Below are positions 27,897-40,900 of a stretch of DNA of 64,000 bases, piece after piece. Every line of letters begins with the position of its first letter. The stretch's first letter is position 1. Where the stretch lies: the NCBI GenBank assembly GCA_016861265.1, contig BOLA01000001.1, forward strand, positions 139,569 to 203,568, given 5' to 3'. This DNA comes from Patescibacteria group bacterium. GTDB lineage: Bacteria > Patescibacteriota > Dojkabacteria > J137. A program made the position numbers and the translations under genes. The notes beneath the pieces are model-generated. The model was not told where the DNA came from. It did no database searches and saw only the letters and a program-made list of their open reading frames with translations.

Positions 27897-28940
27897 TTAC
27901 TTGCATGCTTGCAAATAGGTTTCCTCTATTACTAAAGAATTATTTAGACTACTACATATTGTATCAACCTTTAATATATCTGCTGACTTAGCAGATACTC
28001 CTAATAATGATTCAAAAAAGCCTAATTCTTTTTCTTGAGTAATAATTTGATAGTCTTCAATATTTAATGTTTCAGCAAAGTCTAAATAGGCATCGTCTAT
28101 ATTCATTATTTTATCTATGAGTTTAAAATCTAATGCCTGCCTATCATCGTATATGTGTGCAGCAATTTGATTTCTGATTGTATCTTCAGAGATACCCCTC
28201 GATGTAGAGATTAGTTTAACAAAGTCATCATAGGCATTATCTACAGATTTCTGTAATATTTGTCTTTCTTCCGTACTTAAATCTCTGTATGGATTACCAA
28301 TGTCCTTGCCCTTACCTGATGTAATATATTCTTCTGTTATGCCGTCAGTTGTCATTACTTCCTGGTTACTTACTACATTTCTATATCTAGTTATTGGACC
28401 AAATATTACTCCAATACTTCCAATTGTAGAACCTGGATCTAGGTAAATTGTATCAGCTGTTGAAATAGCCCAATATCCACCAGATGCTACTAATCCAGAG
28501 CCTACACCTACCACACTTCTACCTGTAGTATCTTTATAATAAGAGATACCGTCCTGAATTGCTTTTGCACCTGTTATAGTTCCTCCAGGACTATTAACAT
28601 ATAATATAATTCCTTTAATAGAATCATCTGTTGAAGCATCTATGAATTGCTGTTTAATGTCGTAACCATAAACCACATCACTTGCTAATAAGGCCGACAA
28701 TGGGTCTGAAGGCCTTTGAGTTAGAATAGCCCCCTCAACTTTAATAAGAAGAATTTTATTCTCACTTTCGGGATTTCCTTTACTATAAGAATATAATGGT
28801 TGCATAAAATCGTACTGGTTACCTGTCCCTAAGTTTTGTAACGAAGCAAACATTAATAATAAACAAGAACATAAGCACATTGCGATTAAGCCGACTAGAA
28901 TTAGTACACCAAAAATACTACCAAAGAAAAAATTCTTCAT
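27897..28940 (-). CDS. sppA: Signal peptide peptidase SppA (S49 family, 36K type).
   Basis: N-terminal TM, and S49 motifs VGVGSGLVASGGYWAIS and GSIGVIFG. Confidence 0.75.
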   Translation of the reverse strand: MKNFFFGSIFGVLILVGLIAMCLCSCLLLMFASLQNLGTGNQYDFMQPLYSYSKGNPESENKILLIKVEGAILTQRPSDPLSALLASDVVYGYDIKQQFIDASTDDSIKGIILYVNSPGGTITGAKAIQDGISYYKDTTGRSVVGVGSGLVASGGYWAISTADTIYLDPGSTIGSIGVIFGPITRYRNVVSNQEVMTTDGITEEYITSGKGKDIGNPYRDLSTEERQILQKSVDNAYDDFVKLISTSRGISEDTIRNQIAAHIYDDRQALDFKLIDKIMNIDDAYLDFAETLNIEDYQIITQEKELGFFESLLGVSAKSADILKVDTICSSLNNSLVIEETYLQACK

Positions 28941-28991
28941 AAAAAAATTAATTAATAAATCTATTAATTTATACTACATTTCAAAAAAAAA

Positions 28992-29012
28992 GGCGAAGCT
29001 GAAAGCTTCGCC
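28992..29012 (-). terminator. Rho-independent terminator of pnp.
   Basis: ggcgaagct-gaa-agcttcgcc, with an A8 run on the plus strand (a T-tract on the minus strand). Confidence 0.5.
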
Positions 29013-29034
29013 TTAGAGATTAAATTTAGAATTA

Positions 29035-31323
29035 TTATCTAAATCTTGAAGGTCTGTTACCAAATCTTCTTTCACCTCTATCGTCTCTTCTATTGTATCC
29101 GCCTCTGTCATCTCTTCTCTCTTCTCTTTTATACTCTGGAGCAGGAAAATTTTCTGGATGAGCTAATTTCTCCTGTAATTCAGGTGCTTGTTCAACTCCC
29201 TTAATACTAAAGCTAGTCTTTCCATTATCTTTTCCTATTACTTTTACCTTTACAATTTGACCTTCACTAAAGATTTTCTCTAGATCCGCATTTGTTCTTT
29301 GATCCCACATTTCTGAAACATGTAGTAATCCAGAAATCGAATTGCTTACATCTACAAAAACTCCGTAAGGCATAATTTTATCTACCTTACCCTCGTATTC
29401 TGTACCAATTTCAGCTTCTGCAAAGTTACTTGTAATTGTGTTTTTTACAAAGTTCAATTGTTCACCATTAGATGCACTGATTGTAACAATACCGTTATCA
29501 TCGATATTAATATCAACTGGATTCTTTCCAAGCTCGCTTGCTTTTGCAACAAGCTCCTTTATATTTTTGCCTCCTGGACCAATTAATTCACCAATTCGCT
29601 CCTTATCAATAGTCATCTTCTCAACAATTGGAGCATTTTCAGGTAGAGTTGTTCTAGGTGCTGCAATTGCCTTATTCATAACCTCCAGAACCTGTAATCT
29701 ACCGTCTTTAGCTAATCTGAATGCTTCCTTTAACACACTTAATTTAACTCCTCTTAATTTGTTTTCGTATTGAATTGCTGTAATTCCTGAATCTGTTCCA
29801 GTTACTTTAAAGTCCATATCTCCATAAAAATCTTCTATTCCTTCAATATCTAACAATAGCTTGTAAACATCATCATTTTTGTCTTCGGTTATTAAACCAA
29901 CACCAATTCCAGCCACCGCTTTCTTTAGTGGGACTCCTGCTACCATTAATGCCATAGAGCTAGCACAGGTTGCAGCCATAGATGTAGACCCATTAGAGCT
30001 CATAATCTCTGACACTACCCTAATTGTATAAGGGAACTCTTCTTCAGATGGAATCATATTCTTTAGAGCATTCTCACCAATTGCCCCGTGACCTACTTCT
30101 CTTCTGCCTGGGTGATAAGGGAATCTTCCTGCTTCACCGGATGCGTAAGGAGGCATATTGTAGTGGTGCATGAATCTTTTTGTACTCTCACCTTCCATTG
30201 CATCAACCATTTGTGCATTTCCAATAGGACCTAGTGTAGCAATCGATAAGGACTGAGTTAGACCTCTGTTAAAAATTGCTGATCCGTGAACAGTTGGTAG
30301 AATATCAATTGCAGCACTAATTGGTCTAATCTGTGTTAAGTTTCTACCTAATCTTCTTTTGTCTTCTTTTAATATAGAATCTCTTATTATTCTTCGTGCA
30401 ATATATTCAATGGAATTAGAAATATCCATTTCTGTAATTGTGCCTTCTGGAGTTATATGTTCTGCAACAAGTTCCTCAATAATTTTTGCTATGAATACGT
30501 TTCTATCTGCTTTTTCAGGTTGAAATAGAATCTCTTTAATTGCATCGTATTTTGATTCTTTAATTTTGTTTATTAATTCTTCCGGTGCTGGTAAATCACT
30601 GAATGCTTCTGTAGTTTCAATAACCTTAACTTCACCTCCAGCTGCCTTGTATTCATTAATAAAGTCAACTTGAGCTGCATTCATCTCCTTAATTAAAGTC
30701 ATGGACTCATCTAATACTTTATCCATGTCTTCTTCTGTAAGTTCCTTTGCCCAGCCTTCAATACTCAATGCCCTGTCATCTACACCTGTAATTAAAAATT
30801 CTGCTCTATGTTCTTCTCTTTCTTCCACTAATGGATTTAATACTACTTTTCCATCTTGTGTAAAGCAAGCTACTACTCCTGAACATGGCCCCATAAATGG
30901 TGCTCCAGTTAGGCTTAGGGCTAGACTAGCACCTAATACAGCCAATACTTCAGGATCATTTTCCTGGTCGTAAGCCATTACAGTTAATACCAAACTTGTA
31001 GATCGTTTAAAGCTCTTAGGGAATAAAGATCTTATAGAGTGATCAACCTGTCTAGCTTTAATAATTGCTTCCTCAGATGGTAAACCTTCTCGTTTTTGAA
31101 ATCTTGATCCACTAATTGCTCCTCTAGCATACATCTTTTCGATATATTCTACTGATAGTGGAAAGAAATCTGCTTCAGCATTTTTTTTATCCATTGTTAC
31201 TGCTGCTAACAATGCTGTTCCTCCCATTTTAAGAAGAACGGATCCTTGGGCCTGGTTCGCGATTTTGCCTGTGGAAACTTCAATATTGGTATTACCCAAT
31301 TTATATGTTTTGGAAAACTCCAT
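29035..31323 (-). CDS. pnp: Polyribonucleotide nucleotidyltransferase (PNPase) with an Arg/Asp-rich C-terminal tail.
   Basis: Two RNase PH domains, KH (GPGGKNIKEL) and S1 domains. The C-terminus is RDDRGGYNRRDDRGERRFGNRPSRFR. Confidence 0.9.
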   Translation of the reverse strand: MEFSKTYKLGNTNIEVSTGKIANQAQGSVLLKMGGTALLAAVTMDKKNAEADFFPLSVEYIEKMYARGAISGSRFQKREGLPSEEAIIKARQVDHSIRSLFPKSFKRSTSLVLTVMAYDQENDPEVLAVLGASLALSLTGAPFMGPCSGVVACFTQDGKVVLNPLVEEREEHRAEFLITGVDDRALSIEGWAKELTEEDMDKVLDESMTLIKEMNAAQVDFINEYKAAGGEVKVIETTEAFSDLPAPEELINKIKESKYDAIKEILFQPEKADRNVFIAKIIEELVAEHITPEGTITEMDISNSIEYIARRIIRDSILKEDKRRLGRNLTQIRPISAAIDILPTVHGSAIFNRGLTQSLSIATLGPIGNAQMVDAMEGESTKRFMHHYNMPPYASGEAGRFPYHPGRREVGHGAIGENALKNMIPSEEEFPYTIRVVSEIMSSNGSTSMAATCASSMALMVAGVPLKKAVAGIGVGLITEDKNDDVYKLLLDIEGIEDFYGDMDFKVTGTDSGITAIQYENKLRGVKLSVLKEAFRLAKDGRLQVLEVMNKAIAAPRTTLPENAPIVEKMTIDKERIGELIGPGGKNIKELVAKASELGKNPVDINIDDNGIVTISASNGEQLNFVKNTITSNFAEAEIGTEYEGKVDKIMPYGVFVDVSNSISGLLHVSEMWDQRTNADLEKIFSEGQIVKVKVIGKDNGKTSFSIKGVEQAPELQEKLAHPENFPAPEYKREERRDDRGGYNRRDDRGERRFGNRPSRFR

Positions 31324-31483
31324 AAACAGTGTTTAAAAAATATATAGATAGAAGCGATACTCCTATAGAGCTTAAATTCCGTAACGAAGAGAAACGATAA
31401 TTTACTTAATATAAACTATAGCCTTCCTTCGTCTTAGTTTTAAAGCCCTGTTGAATTATATGATATTTGAGTTATGTAAGCAA

Positions 31484-32380
31484 TTACTGAACCACTACCA
31501 CTCTTCTTACAAGTGTTATTCTTCTGGCTGCTGGGTCAACTGATTCCATAACAGGGTCAGTAGTCACGATAGTTATATAGTCATTGTTAAATGAATTCTT
31601 TGCTTCTGGACTAAGCAAATTTTGAGTCTCAATCCCTGATGCGGTATAAGACCTTACTACTTTGTAGGTTCCTTGATTAACTCCATTAATTGTTATATTA
31701 CTAATTAAGGTTCCTGGTTGAGAGTCATATAAATTTAGAAATAATCTTCCCCATTCAGTATAGTTATGTGCATAAATTATTGCTGTAGTTCCTGATTCAA
31801 GTGCACAGACTCCACCACCTGAGTCTACGGATTGAGATCGTCCATCGGATCTTATAAATGTTGCACACACGTTTGCAGTAATAGAGATACTATTATTTAT
31901 AGTAGGAATTAAATCTTCAAAATCGTTTAAATAGTTACTATACACAAAACCTTCCGGATTATTGTCTAGGTCTGTGCTAACCATTGCCCAAGCAGAAGTT
32001 TGATCTAACCCAAGTACTCTAACTTGGTCACCTAACTGTAAGTAATCTAGTATTTCAGCATCTAGGCCTGGTCTTAATCTTAACCTTAAATTATTTACAC
32101 CAACTGTGGTTGTGACTGGAAATGAAGGTGGACTATCAACAAGTTGTTCTTGAGCATCTACTTTGTAGGTTGATGCAATCACAAGTGCAAGTGCAATGTA
32201 TCTTTTTACTTTACCAGAAGAGATTCTAAAAAAAGCATGCCTTAGATCTTGAACATAATCGTTTATATTCTCCAAGGTGACTCTTATTTCTAATATTTTG
32301 GATAGTTCTTCTAAAACCCTATTAACAACCGAACTCTCGATAAAATGTTCTTTGGTTTTAAGTTCTAAATTTTCAATCAT
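31484..32380 (-). CDS. Membrane-anchored protein with an SH3b-like domain, hypothetical.
   Basis: A TM (RYIALALVIASTY) followed by an SH3b-like stretch (LRLRLRPGLDAEILDYLQLGDQVRVLG...AWAMV). Confidence 0.4.
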   Translation of the reverse strand: MIENLELKTKEHFIESSVVNRVLEELSKILEIRVTLENINDYVQDLRHAFFRISSGKVKRYIALALVIASTYKVDAQEQLVDSPPSFPVTTTVGVNNLRLRLRPGLDAEILDYLQLGDQVRVLGLDQTSAWAMVSTDLDNNPEGFVYSNYLNDFEDLIPTINNSISITANVCATFIRSDGRSQSVDSGGGVCALESGTTAIIYAHNYTEWGRLFLNLYDSQPGTLISNITINGVNQGTYKVVRSYTASGIETQNLLSPEAKNSFNNDYITIVTTDPVMESVDPAARRITLVRRVVVVQ

Positions 32381-32447
32381 TCTGAGGAATTAAGATAGAT
32401 AGAGTATAGCACTCCAAAAATAATTATAGTGTGTATATGCAATGAAT

Positions 32448-32467
32448 GCGGGCGCCAAGGCGCCCGC
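32448..32467 (-). terminator. GC-rich hairpin gcgggcgcc-aa-ggcgcccgc downstream of the 32493-34523 gene.
   Basis: Read directly from the sequence; 9-bp perfect stem. Confidence 0.45.
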
Positions 32468-32492
32468 ATATATCGCAATAATTAAATTCTAC

Positions 32493-34523
<2,031 letters not shown>

Positions 34524-34532
34524 AAATAGTAA

Positions 34533-35135
34533 TTAATTATTGTTAAGAGGTTTAAGTTTTATTAAAGCTGCTCCGACTGCTATTAAAAGCACGCTCGCAC
34601 CAATTATTATTCCGCTCTGGGTATCGGTTAATGCTGTATCTGGAAGCGTTGTTCCGCCCGATCCCGAAATTGTAAATGTTGCGGCTGTTCCATTATTTGC
34701 ATAAGATGTAACACCGTCTGAATAAACATTTCCACTTGCTCTGGTAATTGTGGCCGTTCCGGAAGTATTTGCTAATTGAATAACTAGAGTGCCTAATGTT
34801 TCTCCAGATACTATAGGAACGCTTTTTGCAAGACTTGCACAAACAGTTGTCGACGTATAGTAAGCTGGTCCTGCACAATCTTGCGTAGCCCCGACCCAGG
34901 TTCCACCTGTTACTGGAGTAAACGAAACTACTGTAGCATTAGTAAGAGTTAATCTTATTGCTACTGCATTTGATCCCGCACCGGTAGGAGCTGCAGTAAC
35001 AGTTATATTAACCTGAGTCCCTGGGGCGTAAGTACCGCTACTAGGATTCATTGTAACTGCATGCAATTTAATTACTGGAAATATTGCAGTAAGTAAGAAG
35101 GCAAAAAATATACTTAATTTAGTGACAATTTTCAT
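34533..35135 (-). CDS. Surface protein paralogous to the N-terminal domain of the 32493-34523 protein: signal peptide, cohesin-like domain, T-rich linker and a C-terminal TM anchor.
   Basis: Shared blocks NAV(A/S)(I/V)RL, FTP(V/S)TG, QDC..YYT, TVC(A/L)SLAKS and GTL(V/Q)(I/V). Confidence 0.5.
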   Translation of the reverse strand: MKIVTKLSIFFAFLLTAIFPVIKLHAVTMNPSSGTYAPGTQVNITVTAAPTGAGSNAVAIRLTLTNATVVSFTPVTGGTWVGATQDCAGPAYYTSTTVCASLAKSVPIVSGETLGTLVIQLANTSGTATITRASGNVYSDGVTSYANNGTAATFTISGSGGTTLPDTALTDTQSGIIIGASVLLIAVGAALIKLKPLNNN

Positions 35136-35189
35136 TTGTTAGCAAAAAAAATTTATACACTAACAAATTAATATAAATTAGTTACCAAG

Positions 35190-36623
35190 TCAAAGATTTG
35201 TGGCTGCGATATATTCTTTTGCTATTAGCAATAGATCGAATTTTTTATTCAGTCCTGGATCTTCTACAACTCTTTCTAATAGGTGATTAAGAACCTTACC
35301 TATTTGCGGTCCGGAAATACTAAAGTTATCGATTAAATCATTACCGCTTATATCAAGATCCGATACTTTTAAGGCCATTTCCTTAGCACTCACTTCCGCA
35401 ATACGAGTAGAAATTGCGTCTAATTCTTCTCTATTAAATTCATATTTTTTATTGGACAATTGATCTGCAATTCTTAGTTTTAATAACTGATCAACTGATT
35501 CAAGTCCACCTACGTTTTGAATTAATCGTCTAATAGCTGCATCTGTCCAACCATGTATTGGTTTATCTTTTGTATCCTCAGAATTCCTCCAGTCTGCAGA
35601 AGGATAGTAAAACATATGCCACCTCACAAGTTTAACAGTCTGTTCAATTTCAGCGTTTGAAAATTTAAGTCTTTTCATTATTTCTTCCGTCATTTCGGCA
35701 CCTCTCATGTCGTGCCCGTAAAAATGGGTACCTTTTTCATCAACTGTAATTGTCCTTGGTTTACCTATATCGTGAAAAAGCGCTGCGAGTTTAACAGAAT
35801 CTTCCGCTTGGTCTACAGTTAGAATTGAATGCTCAAATACATCGTCTGAGTGGAATTCAGGCTGAGTGACATTTATTCCTTCAAGTAATTCTGGAATAAA
35901 TATATTTAAAATTCCACTATCCTTAAGTAATCTTAAACCTACAGACGGTTTGGAAGATTTATATAAAAGCTTTAACAGTTCGTCTCTGAATCTTTCTACA
36001 GAAACTAGCTTGGTTATGTGCAATGTTTGTTTTATGGCTTCAAAGGTATTTTCTTCCACTATAAAACCCAATTGTGATGCTAGTCGGCATGCCCTTACTG
36101 CTCTTAGTCCATCTTCTTCGAATCTTTCGATCGGATTTCCAACCGCCTTTATTATTTTGTCTTGTAAATCTTTTTGCCCTTGATAGGGATCAATAAGTAT
36201 ATAATCTTGTTGCGAATCCTTTAGGCTAGTTAAATCCAGAGCCATTGAATTTATAGAAAAATCCCTTCTTGAAAGATCTTCTTGAATAGTTCTTGCAAAT
36301 TCGACCTTACTTGGCCATCTGCCGCCAACATAGTCTGCTTCGGACCTATAAGTTGTTACTTGAACGTCAAACTTTTCACCATGAGAGTCTTCCGAAATTA
36401 CAGTTATTGTTCCGAACTTTGCACCTGTGGGAATAGACTTCTCGAATATTGCAGATATTTGTTCTGGATATGCATTTGTAGCTATGTCGTAATCTTCAGG
36501 AGTTTTATTTAAGAGTAAATCTCTAATAGAACCACCCACTAAATAGGCCTCGTAACCATTAATCGATAGTGTTTCGGAGACCTTTAATACGTAGTCAGGA
36601 ATTTGAGATTTTTGTAATTTCAT
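35190..36623 (-). CDS. cca: CCA-adding tRNA nucleotidyltransferase with an HD domain.
   Basis: GGSIRDLLL...DYDIAT polymerase-beta head motif, and an HD motif LFHDIGKP. Confidence 0.8.
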   Translation of the reverse strand: MKLQKSQIPDYVLKVSETLSINGYEAYLVGGSIRDLLLNKTPEDYDIATNAYPEQISAIFEKSIPTGAKFGTITVISEDSHGEKFDVQVTTYRSEADYVGGRWPSKVEFARTIQEDLSRRDFSINSMALDLTSLKDSQQDYILIDPYQGQKDLQDKIIKAVGNPIERFEEDGLRAVRACRLASQLGFIVEENTFEAIKQTLHITKLVSVERFRDELLKLLYKSSKPSVGLRLLKDSGILNIFIPELLEGINVTQPEFHSDDVFEHSILTVDQAEDSVKLAALFHDIGKPRTITVDEKGTHFYGHDMRGAEMTEEIMKRLKFSNAEIEQTVKLVRWHMFYYPSADWRNSEDTKDKPIHGWTDAAIRRLIQNVGGLESVDQLLKLRIADQLSNKKYEFNREELDAISTRIAEVSAKEMALKVSDLDISGNDLIDNFSISGPQIGKVLNHLLERVVEDPGLNKKFDLLLIAKEYIAATNL

Positions 36624-36780
36624 ACAGGTATTATAACAAAAGTATCTTACAATATTCCTACATACTCAATTATATACGCCTAAAAACGACTTCAAATTAA
36701 ATGACTGATAGAACTAACAACACAGTATAATTTTGAATGTAATTTCATATATAGAAATATTTTCGCAAGCTTATATGAAA

Positions 36781-37320
36781 TTATTCCAACTCGTCCGAAG
36801 TATAAAGCTCACTAGGATCTTTAATATATTTTAAGAATAGTACACCATGTAAATGATCGACTTCGTGTTGAACAACATGACTAAAGAAGTCCGACGCACC
36901 AATATTCTTGGTTTTGCCCATAATATCAATGTATTCGACTTCAATTTCCTTTGGTCTCTGAACTTTACCGAATAAGTCACCATCGTTAATACTTAGACAA
37001 CCTTCCCAATGAACAGACTTATTGGCAGACTTCTTAATGATTTTAGGATTTATCATGACTTCCCAATCAATATCTGAAGGTTTGGTATTTAAATCGGAAT
37101 CTTCAAGGTCGGTTCTTCTGCATACTGCGATATTCAAAAGCTCACCTATTTGAGGGGCGGATAGCCCTGCGCTTCTCTCTGCTTCCACCTGCAGAATTTT
37201 AAGCATTTCGTTAATAATGTTCTGTACTTTAGGGTCGTTAATGTCTTCAACATCCTTTGAAGGAGTCTCCAAGATTGGACTTCCGTACTGTAATATTCTT
37301 CGCATAACGAATTTTACCAT
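36781..37320 (-). CDS. def: Peptide deformylase.
   Basis: Motifs GLSAPQIGE, EGCLS and HEVDHLHG. Confidence 0.85.
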   Translation of the reverse strand: MVKFVMRRILQYGSPILETPSKDVEDINDPKVQNIINEMLKILQVEAERSAGLSAPQIGELLNIAVCRRTDLEDSDLNTKPSDIDWEVMINPKIIKKSANKSVHWEGCLSINDGDLFGKVQRPKEIEVEYIDIMGKTKNIGASDFFSHVVQHEVDHLHGVLFLKYIKDPSELYTSDELE

Positions 37321-37345
37321 TTTATTACTTATCCGATAACACTTT

Positions 37346-37801
37346 TCAGTATTCCCCAGCAGGTATCTTTATTTCAAAAAAATATTTGTTATTCATATCG
37401 AAGTAATAATAAGACAGTGAGACTCCATTTTTTCTAAAGAACTCCGCCTCTGGAATAGTTTTTATTCTATTTCTTAGAGGTTCGTTGATTAGAGCAATAA
37501 CTTCTTCGACATTGTAATCTTCGGAAGCCATATTTATTAACGTTAGATTGTAACGCATTGTCCTATTAGGCAAGGCAGTAATGCTATCTAGTGAGGTTTC
37601 ACTATCAATTACCATAGGCAAATTTTTATTCAATTCACTTGCAGTATTTACTAAGGTACTATCAAAGGTTGGTTTAGGTATTATTATTGGAAGTATGACC
37701 AATCTCATTAGTAATGAGGTCAGAATATATATGCCAATGAATACAGCACCTAACATTAAAGTTCTTTTTATTTTACCTGAGGGTTCAATAATGTTTCTCA
37801 C
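37346..37801 (-). CDS. Membrane-anchored hypothetical protein.
   Basis: N-terminal TM; no motif recognised. Confidence 0.35.
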   Translation of the reverse strand: MRNIIEPSGKIKRTLMLGAVFIGIYILTSLLMRLVILPIIIPKPTFDSTLVNTASELNKNLPMVIDSETSLDSITALPNRTMRYNLTLINMASEDYNVEEVIALINEPLRNRIKTIPEAEFFRKNGVSLSYYYFDMNNKYFFEIKIPAGEY

Positions 37802-37838
37802 AACTTGAAGATAGTGTGTAATTATTATCTATTAAAAA

Positions 37839-37921
37839 TACAGCGGGAGGGACTCGAACCCTCACGCACTAATGTGCAACAGATTTTAAGTCTGTCGTGT
37901 ATACCATTTCACCACCGCTGC
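37839..37921 (-). tRNA. tRNA-Leu (anticodon UAA), class II with a long variable arm.
   Basis: Reverse complement GCAGCGGTGGTGAAATGGTATACACGACAGACTTAAAATCTGTTGCACATTAGTGCGTGAGGGTTCGAGTCCCTCCCGCTGT: acceptor, D, anticodon (CTTAAAA loop), variable and T (GGTTCGAGTCC) arms all fold. Confidence 0.8.
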
Positions 37922-37990
37922 GTCTGTATTAACATGCGTAAATGGATTTTACTCTAAAATAGCCTAATATCCAATATATTTTGCTAGATT

Positions 37991-40900
37991 TTAGGAGAAC
38001 GGATTGTCCAATCCGCCTGTACTTTGAGTAGGCGATTCCTCAATTCTCTTTAGAAGAATATTTTGATCTAGATAACCTTCAGCTTTTAAGATTGCCTTAA
38101 TTAACTGCTTGCCAGGCTCAGCAACCATTATGTATCCTCTTTTGCTTGCTAATATTGAATATTCTCCTGCAGGTAAATCGAAACGAGCCTCTCCTTTGGA
38201 GTTGGTTAAAGATAATGCAATTTGTTGTTTAGTGTCGTATATTCTTACCACTGCACCTGGGATTGGAGAGTTAAAGTCAACATCAATTACCTTACCCCTC
38301 TTCTGAATTCTTGTATAAATTGATGGGTAGAACGATATTATGAATATAAGTACATATACTACAAGTAATATTAGATTCAAGTTATCTGGAAAGTTAATTT
38401 GGCTATATATTGTAAATAAGAAGCCTATAATTGATGTAAACAATAACACTGCCCTGGCAAAGTTTATAAAGCCTTTCTTTTTGTAAGAAAATAGTGATTT
38501 AAACATGCTCTCTTTAGCATCAATTCTCCGCAACGGGATGTCATAAACAATGTCTTCTGCAGAGTTAAGTGGATTAGCCATAGATATAAATTTGGTGTAG
38601 GGCTGATAACCACTGGCCTTCACCTCTAAATAGAATTTGTCTCTTTGGTCTGTATTCAATCTATATCTACCATCTAAGTCCGAAACAGCCTGGGTAATTA
38701 CAGTTGATTTCATTTGATTGTCCCTTCCTATTTCTTTAATACTCAATGTTATAGATGCAAATGCAACCGGCTTATTTGTTAAATCATCAAAGATAATTCC
38801 CCAATATTTTCTTTTTCTTGGAGAAAAGAATCCTAGTAATACACCAAAAATCTGTCCAATTCCGCTTCCTGCAGTTACTACGCTTGTAGCTACCACTGTT
38901 GCAGTAGTTACCGCTGTTACCGCAGTTACTGCTAATGGAGTCTGAGTACCAAACGACTGCACTGCGTTTTTAACTGTATCCTGATTAATTATTTGAGGAA
39001 TAGTAGTTTCTATTATATTTTGTACAAATCCAAAGAATCCATTTCCAAAACTATAACTTTCGGATCCTCGATTATATGTTTCTTCTGGATTGAAATCTGT
39101 AGGTGAACCAGTCGAAACGGTTGCGTTAGGATTAAATACAGTAAATATTCTTTGTTGAGGAGTAGCTGCAACAAAGCACAACGAACTATTAGCATCTTTT
39201 CCAAAGTATGTTTCTACATTCAAACAATATTGTCCTCCATTATTATTAGAAACAGGGTCGTTAACATAACTAATATTTGTATTTTCACAGACTGTGGTTA
39301 TAGGATTTGCACACAAGGCTCCCGTAAACATTAACTTTGTTTCTGCACACATTTGAGCCTTATTTGTAGGATTCAATTCAATATAGAATCCAGGCGCAGG
39401 GGTTGGAACACTAGGATATTGGAATTCTAATATTGCTGTTAAGGATTTATGAGAATTATAGTCAATATCGCTAATATCTAGTTCATGGCCACTATTTAAA
39501 AGCAGGTTGCCCGATTTTAGCGGAGTACCAGTACATGTAATTACGTTATTTTCATCTGTTGAACATTGTGATGAATCATAAACTGATGTTCCTAAAAGTG
39601 CAGGTGAAGGTGAAGTTCCTGAGTCCAAAACCTTTACCTTATTCCAGGATATATCATCAGGATCTGTTGCACAGAACATATCGTTTGCATCTAGGCTAAC
39701 AGCAACACTACCTTCGCTTAAAGTAATTAGAGGATTACAGTATTCGCCTGTGTCTTCGTCAAATGTAAATACTCTACCACTATCACTTGCTGCCCACATA
39801 CAACCGAAGGCATAAGTCATTGTATAAATTTGTTCGTCGAATGGTGGCTGGTAAGCTGTCTTACCACCTTCCCAACCTGGACATTCGGAATTACTTTCAA
39901 TTTCATAACATTGAATTACAGTTTCGGTCCACCTAGACATGAAATAAATTCTTCCATCTGGGTAAGGTCCTTCAAAGTCATGGAACATATCGCCTGTAAG
40001 ATGCGACGTTGCTAGAATTGGCAAGTAATCATAAAAGCTCTCTGAATCAAGGTCGTAACAGAATATTCTTGGAGATGTAGCAGTTACAACTCCACCACCA
40101 TCGGAATATATAAACACACACATTTCATCCTGCTGATTTATAAATACAGACTGATTTGGTTTATCTGGTAGTACTTGAATTCCTTCGTTTGGAAAATCGG
40201 AACAAATCTGTTTAGTGGCAGCAATCATACATTGTAACTGTCTATCTAAATACCCTGAGTTTCCTCCACTTGTAGAGTAAATTCTGCCTGTGGAATGCTG
40301 ATATTTTGTAACCGACCAACCCGGATCGTACGCCTGAATTGTTCCCATTTGGTAAGGTTGCCCTACACAAGGAGCATTGTTTGCAATGCTGTAGCATAAT
40401 AATTGCATATAGCCGTTATTATCCCCAACATTAATTGAATATATCTCCTGCATGTCTGGGTTATATTCGACATCACCGATATTACCCCAACCCCAAGCGT
40501 TAAGCGCTACATTACCTAATACAATCATTCCCTGTTTTATATATGCAGTACTACTACAGTAGAAATCAAGTAGGAGATCCCAGCATAGGAATCCATGACC
40601 GTTACCGACACCATCTTTAAAATTAACATCTGTCATTGGAATATACATTTTGTCATTTACTATTTCTGCGTTTACAGCAAAGCTAGTTTTTGAAGATATA
40701 TATTCATCATCAATATCGCTAAAGCCGTCTTGCCCCATGACAACGGGGTATACAATTGCAGGATTCTTAGATACACAAGTGTCGTTTATTTCTAAATCAA
40801 AGCAGAACATTGTCTTTAAAGGATCTACCATTGATCGATCTACTAACCAGTGGTGATTAAAGTAGAATAATTTATTGTTATATGGAACGACTTCGTAAAC

